A DNA stretch of 35,297 nucleotides from Reclinomonas americana ATCC 50394 (lineage: Eukaryota), in the NCBI GenBank assembly GCA_048213135.1, contig PS015383.1, forward strand, positions 76,167 through 111,463, in the 5' to 3' direction. The position numbers and the translations under genes were made by a program. The notes below the pieces were generated by a model that worked only from the letters and a program-made list of their open reading frames with translations, ran no database searches and was not told the DNA's origin. Shown here piece after piece: positions 1 through 13,598 of the stretch. The number at the start of each line of letters is the position of its first letter. Position 1 is the first letter of the stretch.

Positions 1-131
<131 letters not shown>

Positions 132-174
132 CCTGCTGCACACGTGGTGACTGAGTGCTTGATCGCTTACGCAG

Positions 175-1398
175 TTGGTGTCGGTGCGGCGGGAGCTGCG
201 CGACCTGCGCTGGAAATCGGAAGATGATCGCTCGCAGCTGCTGAGCACTGTGGGCGAGTACCTTGCCGAGCACGACCGCTGTGTGTACCGCTTGCACCTC
301 CTGTTGGAACAGGTGCTGAATTTGACCGCTGCCCCGGGCACCATCACCACCGTGCTGGAGCCACGACCCAATGTCAATCCAGTGGTGGCCACCGCCAGTT
401 TGTTGCGTGGGCTTGCGCTGCGCGAAGAGCAGTGCTTCTTGCTAACCCAGAGTGCGCAGGCTGGAACAAGTCAATGGCCTCCTCTCGACGCAGCTGACAA
501 AAGAGGTGGCGCAGCTGTCGGCGGCCGCAACTACTATGCGCTACGGTGATGATGTGGAGAGTGCCGGTGGCGACGGTGAGGGAAGACCACATTCGTCGGA
601 GAAGAGGAATGGAGCGGAGGGGGCGGCAGGCGATGCGGGGAGTGAGAGTTCAGAGTCGGAGGACAGTGACGAAGAGGGCGACGCGGCAGGCGACGGTGCC
701 TCCAAGGCCAGCAGTGTGCGCATCACCGAGGGCAACTCAGAGCTGCTATCCCGCCCTTCGCTGACGACGCGCCTGAGAAGAATACTCGAGCAGCTCGACA
801 TTCCACGTGGCAAGGTCGGTGACTGTCACACGCGCTGCACGTCGATGAAAATACCATCGACTCACCGTGTCGTCCATAGGAGCTGGTGGCCATCATTGTG
901 GAGCTGCGTCGACGCTTCCAGGAGCTCCAGGCACAGTACGAGCACGAGCGCCGACGAGTGGCATCGCGTGTCGGCGCCGTGCGCAACGAGATGAGTCTGA
1001 TTGCGGTGGAACGCGACACGCTGGCCATGTCGCTCAACAAGGACCACCGACTGTTGCTGCTCAAGTCACTGCCGTGAGTACAGTGCGAATCGCAGTCAAC
1101 AGGTTGCAGTGTCCATCGAATTTCTGAGTCTCCCCTTGGTGCGCAGGTTGGCACCTCCGTCTGGCGACGGAAAGAGTGTGGTGGAGCCGGGCTCGCCACC
1201 AGCCGAGTTGAAAATGCCCGAGGGCGTCGATTTTGGTGAGCGTGCTCAGTGGTCGCGTGTTCAATGGAAGTTTCGCTGACGCTCTCTGGTGGCGCAGGCA
1301 ACGATCTGAATGACCTCATGGTGCGCAAGGATCAACCGCAACCCAAGGGCGGCGACAGTGAGGATTCATACAGCAGCGACGACGACATTGGGGATTGA
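175..1398 (+). CDS. 3' part of an uncharacterised coiled-coil/acidic protein (5' end outside the window)
   Basis: Five exons (starting 175, 460, ~880, ~1147, ~1298) join in frame through GT-AG introns: LVSVRRELRDL...ELVAIIVELRRRFQELQAQYEHERRR...SSDDDIGD*, with TGA at 1396-1398. No family recognised. Confidence 0.75.
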
Positions 1399-1450
1399 TG
1401 TGACAACAACTACAACAGCAAACAACAACAACAACAAATACAATGTTCTT

Positions 1451-3508
1451 TTACAATTCAGTCGCCTTGATGTACTCCTGCATCATCTCGAAACACGCTT
1501 GTGGTTGATCAGCCGGAGCCTGCGACCACAATGTGGGGGAACGTTGGTTGATCATGACAAAGTGAGCTGGCGGAGTGGACGACGAACCATGTGACCGGCG
1601 TTGGCGACCACCACTTGTGTCATACCACCGGAGGTTGTGTACCAGCCGGCCGTGTTGTTGTTCACAATCCACACCTGTCGTGCGGCCGCCCGAAACGCCG
1701 CAGCTCCCGGCCACTCCAGCTTTTGCAGATAGCGATCGGTGCCCATTACTGGGAAAGAAAGAGAGGAGGTACGGTGAGTGGCGATGGTGTAGCGTGACAC
1801 GAGAGCATAATGACGCACAGTTGCAGATGAGATCCACCTGCGGTAAATCAGCGGTGAGTGGCGCGTTTAAGGCAGAGAGCATGAGGCGGAGCACGAAACA
1901 TTGCCGTTGTACACGAGCATGGGCATGACGGCGAGAATGTCGGGCCACAGTGGCAGTGAGGTTGGAGCATTGAGATCCGGAATCAACGCCGTCTCCACCT
2001 GCATGCACACCACGTGTGCTTGGTGCCGAGAAAAAAACAAAGTGCATGACAATGACCGACACACACCTGCGCGCCCTGAGCACCCCACGCTGGAGCACCG
2101 GGTGAAATGTGCAGTGCCTGCCGCACGTCACTCCGCGCGAGGTATTCGGCCACTCGTGGATCATCTGCTGCGTTGAATTGTCGAATGTCGTACTGCGTGG
2201 CGCGATTGTAAGTGAAGAGACTCGACGCACCAGCCGACCATCCTTCTTCGCAACTGGAGACACATTGCCACCGAGTGTGGTAATGGGATTCAACAGACCG
2301 TAGTAGCACGACGTGTTGAATGCGGTGACGTAATCGCCCTGCTCCAGCAGTTTCTTGCAGTTTTGCGCCTGCGCCGACAGGGCCACGAAATCCCTGCGCA
2401 ACGCAGTGCCTATGGTGAGATGGCGAAAGAAAAGCAGCTCCTCTACGCGATGCTTACGAACTGGGAACCAATCAGGCCATTGGCGTCTGTGCGCGAGAGA
2501 GTTAGTAGAGTAAGAGAGAACACAAGGCATGCGTCGACTGGGAGACGCACAAGCATAGTCCGGAAACGAAAGGTTCTGCTCGATGGGCTCCACCTGTGAC
2601 GGGAGTGCGGCGGTGAGTGACCAGTGGTGCTGATCGTGGCTCGGATGAATCCTCGCGCTTCGCTCTCACCCAGCCGTCACCAATGGCCACCCCGGCGACG
2701 TGCAGCGGATACGAGGGACCACGAACACGTCGCTGCTGCAACAGCTGCCACGCGATGTTGGGGGCCTGCAGGTTGTCGGCACGTGAGTATGACACACACG
2801 GTGATACGGGTTGAGCGAGCATGCACGCACCATGTGACCGGCAAACGACTCGCCCACAATGATCAGAGGCCGCTGCGCAAACCGCGGATGCTTCTCACAA
2901 AAAGAGAGCAGTGCGGCCTCGGCCGCACGGCGCAACTGCACCTCGTTCTGCACGTACCCACCGCCCGTGCCGTCGTGAACCGCCGAGAAACCAGTGCCAA
3001 AGGGCTGATCGAGGTACAAGACATCGGCCAGCGCCGTCCACGACCACGGTGCCTCCTCCAGCTGCGGAGTTGCACTAGTACTGCCGTCGACGCCACTGCG
3101 CTGCACACGGAACGGCCCATTCTCCGTGAACAAACCAAAGAGCGACGAGGCGCCCGGTCCACCCTGCAGCCACAGCAGCAGCGGCTTGGGCGACGATCGC
3201 GACTGCTGCTGCGACATGCTGTCCTCGATCAGCCAGTAAAAGAGCTGGCCGGGTACATTATCGGCCACAGTGGCATTGAGACTGTGTGGCGTAGGGGTCA
3301 TCAGTGACGGGGACGGGGGGAGTGAGCAGGAGCACGAGGCAATGATCCGCAACAATCCGGCGTGCATGACAAGTCGCGTTTGCAACGATGGTGGCAGGCC
3401 CGGCAGCGCTGTGATCAAGTCGGGCGATGCGGATTGGGAGGCTGTGGCATTGCACAGGGAGGCCGCCACGAGGAAGGCGAGGAGCGCGACAACTGTCGCT
3501 TGCGACAT
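1451..3508 (-). CDS. Secreted serine carboxypeptidase, peptidase family S10 (11 exons)
   Basis: Signal peptide MSQATVVALLAFLVAASLC. Family motifs HAGFLN, LFYW, PLLLWLQGGPGASS, FTENGP, YLDQPFGTGFS. Catalytic triad in GESFAG (Ser), NGNVDLIC (Asp) and NAGHMAPADQP (His). Ten GT-AG introns are all phase-compatible; stop TAA at 1451-1453. Confidence 0.95.
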
Positions 3509-3593
3509 GACGGAACGAATGAACGATGCGAGAACAGGACATTGCTGCGGTTGTCCTCTCACTTTGTGCCGACACATCATCGACAAACACGCA
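3509..3593. promoter_or_regulatory. Putative bidirectional promoter (85 bp between divergent ATGs)
   Basis: Carboxypeptidase ATG at 3508 (-) and PES1 ATG at 3594 (+). An imperfect dyad AGGACA-N10-TGTCCT lies in the middle. Confidence 0.6.
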
Positions 3594-6500
3594 ATGGCTG
3601 GCCGAAAGGGACGCTCCAAGGTACCTGCACTGGACATCACATACGCACACATGCAAGCCGTGCTGCATCTGCTGTTGTTGCATCGTCATGCATTGCATGT
3701 TGATCCCTCTCTTCCTCTTCTTCTCCCCTCTCCATCGCATCCCCCAATCCCCACTCCACTCTCTTCACTGCACGTATCACTCTTGTGCACGCTCGGTGTG
3801 CTCCCTTTTTTGTGTGTCTGTGGGTCGGTGATGTGCATCTGCACATGCACATGCACACACACTCACCCCCCTCGGCTCGCCCTGACAGGTCCGCGCGGCC
3901 GTGGACAAGAAGCGGAAGAAGAAGGGAAAGGTGTCGCCCAACTTTATGACACGCAACATGGCCATTCGCAAGCTGCAGATCACACTGCGCGACTTCCGCC
4001 GCCTCTGCATCATCAAGGGCGTGTATCCGCGTCAGCCGAAGAAGAAGCTCTCGGGGCGCGACAAGACCTACTACTACACCAAGGACATTATGTTCCTCAT
4101 GCACGAGCCGATTCTGCGCAAGCTGCGCGAGATCAAGGTCTCGATCATCGTCCAATCGTCTCTCTTTTCGTGCTCTGACCTTGCTGTTGCTGGCGACACA
4201 GGCACACAACAAGAAACTGACGCGCGCCGTCGGCCGCAGGGAGTACTCGACGGCCGACAATCTGCGTGCGCGCCGGCCAGTGTATCGCTTGGACCATGTG
4301 ATTCTGGAGCGGTACCCGAACTTCCAAGATGCACTGCGTGATCTCGACGACGCCCTCAATCTCGTGCACCTGTTCGCCGCACTGCCGCCCAACTCGAGCA
4401 TCAAGCAGCAGCGCATCACCAATTGCTCGCGCCTCGCCCGTGAGTTCCAGGCCTTTGTGCTGCAGACGGGCGCTCTGCGCAAGGTCTTTGTGTCCATCAA
4501 GGGCATTTACTACCGCGCCAAGGTCCTCGGCCAGGATATCACGTGGCTCGTACCGCATGCATTCACGCAACACGTACGTCGTGCGCCTCTGTCAGCAGAG
4601 AGGAGCGTGGCTCGTTGTTTTGTTGACTATGAGGCGGCGCTTGCAGGTGCCCTCGGACATCAACATGGAGGTCATGCTGACCTTCCTCGAGTTCTACGAG
4701 GTGCTCATGTGCTTTGTCAACTTCCGCTTGTACCAGTCCATCGGTCTGCGATACCCGCCGCCTCTGCCCGACGATGGTCTCCACGCACCCGGATACGTCA
4801 TTGATGCGGCGCTGAGTGCGGCGGCGGCCACAGCACCGAGCGAGGGAACTGTGTCGACGACCACCACCACCACCACCACCACCACCGCGACAGCATCTGC
4901 TGCTGCCGCTGTGTCGTCCGCTGCTGTCCGGGCTGCATCTGCGGCACGCTCCCGTACTCGGTTTGTTGGGCAGCCGTCGGTGGAGAGTTGACTGGTGGGT
5001 GGTGCTGACACTCACTCGTTCGTGATTGCGTGCAGCGTGGTCGACACGACGAGTGCCATGAAGACGCTGGCGGCGAAAATCTCGCAGATTCGCAAGAAGG
5101 ACTCGGGTGCTGTCGACGACGAGGATGACGTGGTGGAGATTGTCGCCTCGGCGCCAGCCTCGGACGACGAGGACAGCGACGACGACGATGAAGATGATGA
5201 TGATGAGGAGATGGAGGATGGTGACGAGGACGAGGAAGACGAGGATGGTGAGGCGCAGGAGGACGACGATGGTGAGTGCTGTTGGTCTCCGTCCAGTGCA
5301 CTGCATTCAGGTTCTCATGCTGTCCGCTGCAGTGGCGCTGTCGGAGGGCGAGATGGACGGTGAAGGGGAAGCGGAAGGCGAAGAGATGCAGCAGCCGGAT
5401 GAGCTCACCGAGGGTCTTGCCACCACCGCGGAAGAGCGCACGCAGCTGCGGGGCGATGCGCAAAAGGCGCCCCAGATCTTTGCCGGTCTCAAGTTCTTCT
5501 TGAGTCGCGAGGTTGGTGGTCGTCTGTGTTCGTGACACTTCTCTCCCCTTGTTTTTCCTCACTTGGTTGTCGGTGTTATTGCACAGACGCCGGTGGCCAC
5601 ACTCGATTTTGTGATTCGCTCCTTTGGCGGCGTTACGTCGTGGGCAGGCTGCACCATTCCTTCCGCATTTGTCGAGGGCGACTCGAGCATCACCCATGAG
5701 GTAAGATGCTGTCACTTGGCGCCCTTTGGTGACCCGTATAAGCTCACCGCGCGCGCTCTCAGGTGGTGGATCGCCCGCGACAGGCGCATCGCTTCCTGTC
5801 ACGCGAGTACGTGCAGCCGCAGGTGAGGACCAATCCGGGAGAAAGATTCCGTTCACGACAACCCTGACACGTGTTGTTGTCGTTTGTGTGCAGTGGGTGT
5901 TTGACTCGGTCAATGCCCGCATTCTGCTTCCGGTGGAGCCGTACATGCCGGGTCTCGCACCACCGCCACATTTGTCGCCGTTCGTGGACAACCGCCGCTT
6001 GGGGTGAATCTGCCTTCTCGTTGCTTGTGCAGTGGTTTTCTCCGACTCTTGGTCATGCTTACTCCCTCCCTCCCTCCCTCCCTCCTTTCCTTTCTGTTTC
6101 TGCAGATATATCCCGGAGCAGGCACTCAAAATTAAGCAGCTTATCGCCGAGAGTCGAGGCGAGCAGATTGCCAAGCTTGAAGCTGGTGCGCAACGGAGAA
6201 TTCTGGGGAAGCTCGCACACGAGGACACGGCTGGTGCACTGGAGGAGGAGGACGAGGAGGAGGAGCAGGAGCGCTACGTGCGCGAGCTGCAGGCGGAGGC
6301 CGCTGGTGTGTCGTACTCGGCCGCGCAGCACCGCAAGCAGAAGAAGGCTGGAAAAGGCATGCAGGTCGACGATGATGACGAGGAGGAGCATGGCGAAAAG
6401 GCTGCAGCGGACGGTGACGACGATGAGGAGGAGGAGATGGCGGTTGACCCAGGTGTGTGTGTGTGTGTGTCTGCGCGACAGTTCTCTATTTGGTGGGTCG

Positions 6501-6750
6501 CATGAACTGACGACGACGACCTTCTGCAGAAGAGGAGAAGCGCTTGGAGAAGCGACGCAAATCCCTGGAGCGCAAGCGACATGCCGAGCATATGGAGGAG
6601 AAGGAGAAGAAGGACTTGCGCAAGGCCGTCATGCCCAAGAAGAAGCGCAAGCTGTTTGAGCACTTGGAGGCCAAGAAGACCAGGAGAGTCAAGGTGGTCA
6701 AGAACCTGGAGCGGAAACGTCGTGCGGTCGCCGGTGGTACTGCGCAGTGA
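3594..6750 (+). CDS. PES1: Pescadillo/Nop7 homologue, 60S ribosome biogenesis factor with BRCT domain (11 exons)
   Basis: Exon 1 MAGRKGRSK (3594-3620) is spliced to 3889. Pescadillo motifs: [86 protein letters not shown] region: [11 protein letters not shown]...ITHEVVDRP...[12 protein letters not shown]...PPPHLSPFV. Basic coiled-coil tail; TGA ends at 6750. Confidence 0.97.
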
Positions 6751-7119
6751 ATGAGGAGCTTTGCAACGTACTTTGGTTGTTGACGCGCACGAAGAGCTCT
6801 CCATGTGCCCGCCCTTCAAAATAGGCGAAATGGCATCATCATCGATCGCGGGGGAAAACTCGTCGTGAAAGGCTCGCTGCTTGCCCATTTGTGGCACCGA
6901 CCAACTCAACACGCATTTTGCCGACTCGAGGAGAGCAGAAAAAACACACACACACGCACAGAGAGAAACACACACTCGGCCAACAAACAATCTTGGGGAA
7001 ATATGACAAACAGCTCGGCCGCCGCCGCCCGTCAGTGGTGCGTCCTCCTCCTTCTCTTGTCCTTCTGTCTGTCTGTCGTTGCGGTGTGTGTGATCGCACT
7101 CTCCCTCTGTGTGTGGCAC

Positions 7120-7284
7120 GCTCAGTGGGCGTACTGCTGTGTGTGGGAGCGAGTGAGTGAGAGTGGGGAGTTGTCAGAAAGCACTTGTAACAAATCTCCG
7201 AGTCGACCACACACACACACTGTGAATCGATAGGCGTGTGTATGGCTGCGTTTTCTTCTCTCCTCCCCTCCCCCCCCTCCCCTC

Positions 7285-7316
<32 letters not shown>

Positions 7317-7465
7317 GCCTGCACGCACATCAGCAGATGATCATCCTTGTCATCATCATCATTTTCCGTTGCCAACAAACACAACGACAGTTGCTCCGTG
7401 CGCGCATGTGTGGTTATCTCTCTATCTATATGTGTGTCTCTGTGTGTGTAAGTGTGTGTGTTTCT
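7120..7465. repeat. Low-complexity microsatellite cluster ((TG), (CA), (CT) runs) upstream of GARP gene 1
   Basis: Interspersed dinucleotide runs, e.g. (CT)n around 7285-7315 and TG runs around 7430-7460. No credible ORF. Confidence 0.7.
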
Positions 7466-8324
7466 ATGACGTGATGTGCTTGAGTTGATTTGATTCCCGT
7501 CACTGCTGCACTGCCGTGGCGCACATACCATCACAAGTCTTTTGCGACTGCAGAAGCTGTGTTGCTGATTGAGAGAGAGTGAGTGCGAGCGAGAGAGTAG
7601 AAGGGTGGCAGAGGAAAGGCACGCCTTGCTTCTCGTTGCTGGTCAAGTCAGTCGCTGGCGTATGGGAGAGTGAGAGAGGATTATGGTTCATGTTTAGTTG
7701 TTGTATGCTTCGTGCTCGATGGATGAGCGGGGTCGCCGACACTTGCTGCTGCTCTGTGGTGCACTCTTGCTGGGGGTCGTGTATTTGCCCCCCACCCACC
7801 GTCCAGAGAAAGCAGGCGCACTTGCAGACGTCGTGTGTGCGCCTTTTGGTTTCCTTGTGTTGCATGTTTCTAGCCGCATCTTCTTCCCGCACATTGCTGC
7901 ACGGTGTTTGTTCTTTATGGGAAGCACCGACATTTGCATCTGTGCTGTTGCTGTGTTCCCCTGCTTTTTGTGTGTGTGTGTGTGTGTGTGTGTCGCGGTG
8001 TGAGTTGGAGAGAACATGCAGTTCGCGATGGACAACTGGCACTTAGATGTCGTCGAGCTTCTGTCTTCCTTGCGCACACTGCAGCAGAGTGTGTTTCTAC
8101 ACAGAAGTGCACCTTGTTGTTTGACTGGTGGTGGCGTGTGACGTGTGGTCGGGGCTCTGCCTGTCTGCATGTTTTGCGTGTGATCGGAGAAACGATGCCT
8201 CAGATGGAAAATAGTGCGGCCCACGTTTGGTTGTTCCACTTGCCTCTTTTTTTCCTTTTCCTCTTTTTTTCATCTTTGCGGGGAGCGAGCACCGCGGCCT
8301 TTTTTTGCACCCTTCTTACGCAGA

Positions 8325-10782
8325 ATGCTCAGGGGGCGCTTCCGCTGGACGCCTGAGCTCAACGAGGACTTTGAGGACGGCATCCGGGAGCTGGCGCGAT
8401 GTGGTATTCGTGCGTAGATCCTCGCCTCTGTTGTCCACGTGTGTGGAGGTGCGACGACACTCGCCAAACTGACACGCTTGCCATAATTTGCAGAGCTCGC
8501 ACCCAAGGCTCTTCGCCACGCAATGTTGCGCGTTCACCCTGAACTCGAACCACTCGGTCTCACCCTGGCGCACGTGAAGAGGTGAGTGGTGGGGGGCCAA
8601 GTGGGCGGACGAACAACAGATGGACACTTGGTGGCGTGTGCGCGTGTCTGTTGTTGTGTTTGTTCGCACTTATGTCACTGGTGCACGGTGCAGGAGAGTG
8701 CAAAGTGCTCTTTACATATCTGCTCACTATTGTGTCATTACGTGCAGTCACCTGCAAAAGTGGAGGATTGCGTGTCGCGAAGCCAAGCATTTCCGTCGTA
8801 TGCCCGGCTCCAGTCCTCCCGGAGTGACTCCTGGTCGCAGGCAGATGCGCGGACCGACGTCGCGCTCGCGCTTGCTAATGTCGGCACTGGCTCATTCGAC
8901 TGATGGCACCATTGTGCCGTCGAACACCGCCCCTCCGATGCAATCAATGCCGACAGGTGCCGCCGTGTCAGCGACGACCGTGCCTCCCACGGCAGGCGGT
9001 GGCGAGTGTGGCGACGAGTGCAAGCCTGCGCTGCACAAGTACCACAGCGGCGCCTCGACTGGTCCTGTTCAGCGGTATGGCGTTCACAACAGCAATGGCG
9101 GTATGCCGCTGTCTGCTGTCGAGTACGGTGCGTATGCGACGCCACTTGTTGCGAACATGGGAGGGTGCTCTGGGTGTGCGGCCGAACGGCAGCCGCACGA
9201 CGCTGCCGTCACCGGCACAGCGGCATCGGCGGCGACGGCGGCGGCCACTCCTTATCGCGGTCACGGCAGCCTTGGTGGCATGTCACTGACCTATGGCATC
9301 GAGGACGCCAACAGTGTCGGCGGCTCTGACGAGGACGAGGAGTATGGCGACGGTACCGGCGACGGCCGCAGCAGCGGCAGCAGTGCCCATGCCGTCACCA
9401 CCTCCACGCCGGCGCCGCACATGTCGCCGCGTCCGACACTCTCCATGCCCTATGGCTGCGGCGGATCGCCCGCCGCTCCAGGCTTTGGTGGCGACATGCA
9501 ACAGCCGCAGCAGCCACAGCAGCAACAGACGCAGTACCATGTTCAACAGCTTCCTCTTGCGTACCACCACCAGCAGCAGCAGCAGCAGCAGCAGCAAATG
9601 ACCATGTCCTGTGGTGGCAGCACGATGGCCATGCCTCCGCCTGTCATTCACCAGCCGCCGCGATTCCTCAACAGCGGGCCCTACGGTTTTTCGTCCATGC
9701 GACACATGTCTCCGCAGCAGCAGCAGCAGCAACAGCAGCAACAGCAGCCACCGCAGCCACCGCCGTACCGCCCTCAGTACCCGACGCGCCGCCCGAAGCA
9801 TCGCTCACTCGGCAACGGAAGCGACATGTACCCACGCTCGTCGCACACAGCGGCCACCGCCTACACGACGTCGATGCCTGTGCATCCGTTTTCGCACCAC
9901 CACAGCTTTGTCGGCGTGCCAGCCATGTATCCTCCAGCGTACGTCTTTCAGCAGCAGCAGCAGCAGCAGCAGCATCAGCAGCAACAACAACAGCAACAGA
10001 TGCACCAACAGATGGTTCAGACGGGATTTCAGCAGCTGCACCTTGGCCAGCCGCAGCAGTCGTCGCAGGTGCAGCAGGAGGATGGCGACGAGTCGCTGTC
10101 GTCACAGCAGGCATCGTTGCCGCCGCCGCCGCCGCCGCACCAGCAGCAGCAACAGCACCAGCAGCCGTGCACTTCGGCGATGCAGCTTTTGCCCGCACCT
10201 CTGCCGCCATTCTGCGGTCCCGAGGCCACCGCGTCCGCTGCCGGGTCGTTGATGAACGACTTGGAGGCAGCGGCGTCGACGGTACACGCGACAGCCACGT
10301 CGGTGGCCGAACTGATCGAGATGGACATGGAGGAGGCGGCCTCCACAACGGTTTGTGTCGATGTGCGTGTGTGACGAAGCAGATGAAGGCGATGCTGACG
10401 TTGTTTTGGCTTGTCTGTGCAGGGACTCACCTCCAGTCTCGACGATTTCACCTTCTTTGACGATTTGCACGTGTCGATGGATAGCTGCGCCGTGTCGCCG
10501 GCGCACGACTTGGCTTTAGCCTCCACATTCTCGACTCCGTTCGGAACGATGCATTCGGGTATCAGTCGCTGCGGTGGCGGCAGTGGCACCGGCACCGGTA
10601 CAGGCAGCAACATGAGTCTGTTTGGTGCGCCTCGCCCCACGACTCCATGCAGTGGTGGACCATGTGCCGACCTGTTCGGCACAGTCCACGGGCACGCCAC
10701 CAGTGGCAGCCACAACAACGGCAACAGCGGCACTGGTGGTGGGGTGATGTGGGGGGTGGCTGACTTGCAGGCGTCGACGTGA
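8325..10782 (+). CDS. GARP/G2-like (SHAQKYF-class) Myb transcription factor, paralogue 1, with Q/P-rich disordered C-terminus
   Basis: Exons 8325-8409, 8494-8581, 8748-10350 and 10423-10782 give RGRFRWTPELNEDFEDGIRELARCGIQLAPKALRHAMLRVHPELEPLGLTLAHVKSHLQKWR. This matches the GARP pattern RLRWTPELH..F..A...LG....TPK.....GLT..HVKSHLQKYR. Start codon uncertain because an acceptor AG lies at 8322-8323. Confidence 0.88.
9571..10000 (+). repeat. Coding (CAG/CAA)n polyglutamine tracts in GARP gene 1
   Basis: CAG-rich runs near 9571-9597, 9715-9747 and 9949-9999, in frame as poly-Q. Confidence 0.9.
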
Positions 10783-13598
10783 GTACGCAGGCGCGCCGAA
10801 AGATAGTGTGTGTATGTGTGTGAATAGGATGTTTCGAGAAAGAGAGAGAGATGTGTATACACTTGCACAGACACTACAGACACGACAAATTATGTCGTCG
10901 CACATTATGAGTTCATGTGTGTGTTTCTTTATGTCTATTTTACTGTGAAAGGAATGTGATGTTGTGAGAGTAAGGCGTGTGAGATAGGAGGGAGTAGGAA
11001 GAAGAACATCTCCTCAGCGACAATGTACTCAGAGCGAGGATGTTTTATCGGTGTCCCAATACCGAGAGAATCGTACAACAATGTGTCAGTCAAGCCGGGC
11101 GTTTCGTACTCGGTGCTCCGTGTGCATGCGTCTGCTCATGTCGCGCGTCGTCGTGCGTTGGTCAACGGTCGATGAACTGACGACAGACTCCAGATCGTCC
11201 CGTGCGAGAAGACAAGTGGCGGAAAAATGAACAAGAAGAACTCAGTTGTCGAGGCATCACAGTTGTTGTTGTTGCTCATGTGTGGGCTGCGCATTGACGG
11301 GAAGCAACACACACGTTTCACCGATGCACCTGTGATGCGAGTGGGGGGCATGTCCTCTGGTGTGCTGCTGTTGTATGCGTCGCTGCACTTTCGACAGTGC
11401 AACATACAGGCCTGCAGGCGCGGCATCAATAATTGCAATTCGTGCACGTTTGTGAAAACAGACGATGCTGGTGAAGTCACGGGACGCAATCGCACAGTCT
11501 ATCGCTGTCACTGATGTGCGTACGTGGCAGTGGCTCTGGACGACAGTCTGCATTTGTGGATTTCGCAGCTGGGACATCATCGACACGGAAGAGATCCCGG
11601 CCCTCTCGCAATGACGTGGCTTCAGTGATCCACGGAGCATGGAGAGTAGGGGTGAGCGCGGACGACCATGACTTCATGCCTGTGTGTTGCCACACAGCTG
11701 CTCACAGCCGGCGCCGATCGGTCAGTGATCATGAATTCGAAACTGCAAAAGACTCGCATGAAACCACGCACGGGTGTGTGAGAGAAAGCGACAGCTGTGG
11801 GTTGCAAGAGCACCAAAGGAAGGCTGCTGACGGTGGCGTTGGGACGGAAATTCGTCGTCGCGACGCGTGCTCGTGTCTCACGGTCAAAAACTGGCCACGA
11901 TAAAATTCGTGGCCGCAGCGAGGCCGCTCATGACGATATTCAACAAATCAGCTTGCGTTGCGAGAGCATTTCGTTTCGTCAGTGCCTTGCCAAAAGTGCT
12001 CATCCGTACATGTGAGTCCACGATATGTGGGCGAAGGGTGCTGTGTGCGTTTTTGTTGCACGTGCACTTTCATGAACAAACAGGAGCCAATGCATTGTCG
12101 GAATTACGGCAATGTGTTCGATTTTTGCACTGCTGCACGATCAGACAAGACCGGCTGCGCTTGCCACTGCGACACACGCAGGCAATGCGACGGGGAGAAC
12201 ACCCCTTCAGCACAGCAAAGCAGCGGAGACTGGTATCTGTGGGTGACAACGGTGGACGTGATGTCAATGCATCAAGGAATCGCATGTTCGCACAGCTGCA
12301 GTGCCGAGGCGATCACGGCCGACCGCAATGTAGGGCGTGCGTGCATCAGCGGCCACGCATGACGTCCTCTGGTTGCGAGATTCACCTGCACAAATATGTG
12401 GTGCTGCACATTGGCGACATGGTGAGTCGCTGTTGACAACTGCGCATGCGCATGCGCATGCCGCGCACTCGTGCCACAGCTGTGATCAGTGACGTGTGTG
12501 CAACAAGTCCTCTCTGACAAGGGAGAACAGCGACACCGAGCTGCACGTGCACGACGCAGAGGACGATGCTGGTGCGGCCGCCGGCGCCCATGGCCACGTA
12601 ATATTTCATGATTGAATGTCCGAATTCGACTTGTGTGATCGCTGCGTGGCTCGCTGCGGTTTGCGTGGTGGCTCCGCGGGGGACAGTGTGGACTGATGGG
12701 TTTGCTGAAAATATGCGAAGCAGGCCGTGTATGTGGCCAACGCTTTTGACGCTCGGAGAAAGAATCTCGTGCAATGCTGCAAGTGAGAGGACAAAAGTGA
12801 TCGCAGAACGGTGCGCGCTGCTCTCCGGCCTGCACGTTCTCGTGGTCGATGCTTTCTACAAGGTACGAGCTTCCGAGTACTGCCTGTTAAACGCAGCGCA
12901 CCATTTTTGCAACTTGCGGAAGAGCACATTAGCCTAATCCGGTCTGGATGCGACGTCATGTTTTCGTGATGACTCCGCACAAAGAGCCGACTGTTTATTT
13001 CTCCTTTCTTGACTTGCACGGAGAGCAGACCACCAACCCCGTGTGGTTCTTCTAGATCTTTGTCACGCGCTCCCAGATACACGTCTTCCTGCTCTACCCT
13101 GATTCCATCATGCCACTGCGCCGAAGGTGTGTGTGTGAACGTGGTAGCAGAGAGGAGAGGAGGAGAGAATTTTTCCTGGTGAAAAATGCACGTGGCGCTG
13201 GCCTTCTCCTTTGTTGCACTCTATCGCGGTGGCTTGCATGTGGTTATGCGCGCACGTGGTGTTGTGTCGTTTCTTTCCGCTTCTTCAAGCTGCACCGAAG
13301 ATATATCTGCGTATTGCGGTCGGCGCTTTCGCTGCCTCTGGTGCTCTGCAGCTGTTTCTGTCTCGCGAATGGGTGTGTCTGTTCTCGAAACATGTACGCC
13401 ACATGCGTACACAGTTGACCCTGCTCCTTGCTACATGTGCGGAAATTTGTTGCGGCCACACACAAGAAAGTGCTACTTGTCGGTGTTGTTGCCTGTTTCT
13501 CACTTCTCATATTTCACTCTCTGTGCGCATCTGTCGTCGAACAGCCCAGTCGCATCTCTCATTATGTGCGTTTGTCCCGACACAGCGAGACTGCTCTC

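Noticed and set aside
3621-3888. Intronic box C/D snoRNA in PES1 intron 1
   Set aside because: There is no intact RTGATGA box, the CTGA is the branch-point motif, and the rest is low-complexity sequence.
4563-6228. Long antisense ORFs over PES1 and other genes, and CV/ER/SL-repeat ORFs
   Set aside because: These are shadow frames of GC-rich coding sequence or translations of microsatellites and N gaps.
1451-6750. Possible alternative genetic code or stop readthrough suggested by fragmented ORFs
   Set aside because: All breaks in the carboxypeptidase and PES1 are explained by GT-AG introns, and genes in the window end in TAA, TGA and TAG normally.
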